This document shows positions 61,708 through 64,000 of a DNA stretch of 64,000 nt, in pieces. Position numbers and translations under genes: made by a program. Source of the DNA: Pseudovirgaria hyperparasitica (Eukaryota). Numbering within the stretch: position 1 is the stretch's first letter; each line of letters starts with the position of its first letter. The notes below the pieces were generated by a model that was given only the letters and a program-made list of their open reading frames with translations, was not told the origin of the DNA and did not search any database. The DNA lies in the NCBI GenBank assembly GCA_010093815.1, contig ML996565.1. The stretch is one strand, 5' to 3'.

Positions 61708-64000
61708 TCACGCCAAATAATGCAATTCCCCGTCGTCCGCTCGCTCACAGTACTCCTTCTCAATAAGCCTATCCAGATTCTTCTTGATATCTGCCACACT
61801 CATGGCCCCCCTCTTAGCGGTCGCACTTATCGTTTCCGCAATCAGATCCTGATACCCAATAACCTTTTTCGACTTCAGGATACGCACAATCGCTGCCTGG
61901 CACTCAAACTGGCGGTCGGCATGTACGCGCTCATGTGTTTCTTTATTCTCGGCGGCAGTCTCTTTGAGTTGCACGGTATTGATCTTGACGCGGGCTTTCG
62001 GGTCAGTGAACGAGGCATTGATCGTGAACGTATCCGTTTCATCGATTTCACGACCTTTCGGCTGTTTCGAGAGAGGCCTCAGACGGGCGCAGGCGAGAGA
62101 CTGGAGGGTACGCTTAAGTTCGGCATCGGCTGCGGACTGCATTAGATGCACATCTCATGAAGAGAAGAAAAGGATTTTCTTACGAAGTCCAGTCTCTACT
62201 TTCAGAAAATCATATGAAAGCCTTTCATCAATAGCGCGGTCGTTGAACTGAAGAAGCACAATAGCTTGGAAGGAGCTGACCACTAGCTCTTTCCTACCTT
62301 TCGGAAAGTCGGCCCTGAGCTGACAATTGGCTAAAGCATGCTTCCACTCCAGCTTCTTGTTCGAGTGTTTGGTCTTGTAGTGTTTTTCAAACTTGTCGAT
62401 TGCAGTCTTAATCTCCATTGGTATTCGGACTGGAATCTCGGGATATGTTGGCCATGCTGCCTGTGAGAGGACATTAACCGATAGGTCGATGCGCTCCTTC
62501 TTGCCTCCTTCTCGCTCCTGTGAGATTGTCTTATATGAAGCCAATTCTTCACGCGATAGTTCGATATCCTTGAACATTTGTTCGAGGTTGTATGTGAAGC
62601 CAGAACCACACTCTGTATGTATATTAGCTTATGCACAAGCAAAGAGCGTTTCGCAATACATACCCGTCTGAAGCCTCGAAAGCATACTCCTCTCGGCGTC
62701 CGCACTGGCGCTTCGGCCCATCAGTAATCGCCTGGCAAGATCTTTCTTGTAGAAGGCCTCAAAGACTGCTTTACCGTGAACAAATCTGAACAGGTCCAGC
62801 ACTTGGTCCAATTGATTATTAACTTCCGAGTCTTCGTCAAATATTTGTTCTTCGTTGTCTTCATCATCTCTTTGGGCCCGAGGTGCTGACTTTGAAAGCA
62901 TTGCAGGAATTGCTTTGGAACCACCTCTCAGTAGAAGATCTAGGTATTTCGCTATCATCTCCTCAGGCTTTGAGTTGTCTGTACCCCACGCTGCATTTGT
63001 CTTCCGGGTCTTGTTGATAAAGCTCTCGAAGGTCTTGCGCATTGCGTGGCCCAGCTCATCATTCCTTTCGAACGAATATTTCCAGATATGGTCAAGCTGT
63101 TGCTTCATGCAAAGCAATTTGACTACCATTTGATCTTGCTCTTTCTCATCAAAAACAATAGCAGTTCCAGTCAGGTCGACCCAGGCAACAAACGCAGGCA
63201 TCAGCTTCTCTCCAAGGCTACGCTTTTGCAAGAATGAAAAGAGCTGCTTTAGATCCTCGATAGCATTTTGGTCTAACAGGTCGGCAACAGCATCATTATC
63301 TACCAGTTTAGATTCTTGCTCAGTGACGAGTTGATCTTCCAGCAGTGTCATGAGATTGCGTTTTGTTGAGGAGTCGAGATTGAAACGATCACATCGTCTA
63401 GCCTCTCGCTCAATCAATCTGATAGACCTCGACACATACTCGGCAAGCTTCACCTCGGAACTCATCTTGGCTGCCCATTGAATAATGAAAGTCTGCGATA
63501 GCTCCAGAAGTCGTGGTTCGAAACAGTCGGTGTAGACGCTGATCTCATGAAACATGCTAATGGCATTTTCAAAGGTATTTGCATCCATTGATCCGCCCTC
63601 TGAGTCACGTTCCTCTCTTATAAGGTCACAAGCTCCATCGACAACCTTCTCCTGGAACTTAGGGCTGTGAAAGATCTTGGTTCGGAAAATGCCGTGGCTA
63701 TCACTCTCGAGAGAGCGTCCCTTCGGAAGGAGGTACGAGCGATCCATGTAACACCATATCATTTCAACTTGTTTCTGGATCATGTGTCAGCAGACATGCT
63801 TCAGTCAAGCATAATCAGCGTACCATATTCGCCTTCCATGTTGCCCATGCAGCCAAAACAGCTCTCAGCACGTCTGTGTTTGTTTGATGAGATTGTTCTA
63901 GAAGCCTTGCATATACCGTCTCGTTCATATGTAACTCGCATCTCTTGTAGAGCCTGTAGGACAATGCCTCAGCATGGCCTTGTCGACAGACATTTTCCAC
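61708..64000 (-). CDS. CUL4: Cullin-4, 5' part lies outside the window
   Basis: 'YMDRSYL', 'LFRFVHGKAVFEAFYKKDLARRLLMGRSASADAE', 'ECGSGFT.NLE.MFKDIELS', neddylation motif 'AAIVRILKSKK' and 'LIEKEY'. Three introns in the window. Confidence 0.95.

Overview
Eukaryotic, intron-containing DNA from a filamentous ascomycete (Pezizomycotina; Dothideomycete-like by inference). Introns are short (~45-80 nt) with CTRAC/CTAAC branch points, and there are TpA-rich, RIP-like patches. I reconstructed 24 protein-coding genes by hand plus one intron-containing tRNA-His(GUG). Conserved genes: CAND1 (5'-truncated), PUS4, an SLC35F/THI74-like transporter, CSL4, an LDB19/ART1 arrestin, RRB1, SPG1/TEM1, an SCP2-type thiolase, RAD5, MUB1/samB, a CorA-family channel and CUL4 (5'-truncated). 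Secreted or surface genes at 4-16 kb: a subtilisin, an orphan 7-TM protein, a GMC oxidoreductase and a PAN/apple protein with amphipathic repeats, plus a P/Q/Y-rich vWA protein. An accessory block next to the tRNA (29.5-40.4 kb) holds 2 GNATs, a BTB protein, an alpha/beta hydrolase, a P450 and an F-box-like/TPR protein. The most notable observations are: a secreted PAN-domain protein with a Kex2 site and a Lys-free amphipathic repeat tail; an orphan 7-TM receptor-like protein; a PTS1-bearing NTF2/SnoaL protein whose start codon lies inside a 33-bp repeat; three GC-AG introns among ~45; two in-frame ATGs in PUS4; a candidate cassette exon in the vWA gene; a GQN-variant CorA; and an unusual density of ubiquitin-ligase components. 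No intact transposon, CRISPR array or rRNA was seen. Family calls come from motif recognition only; no database search was run.
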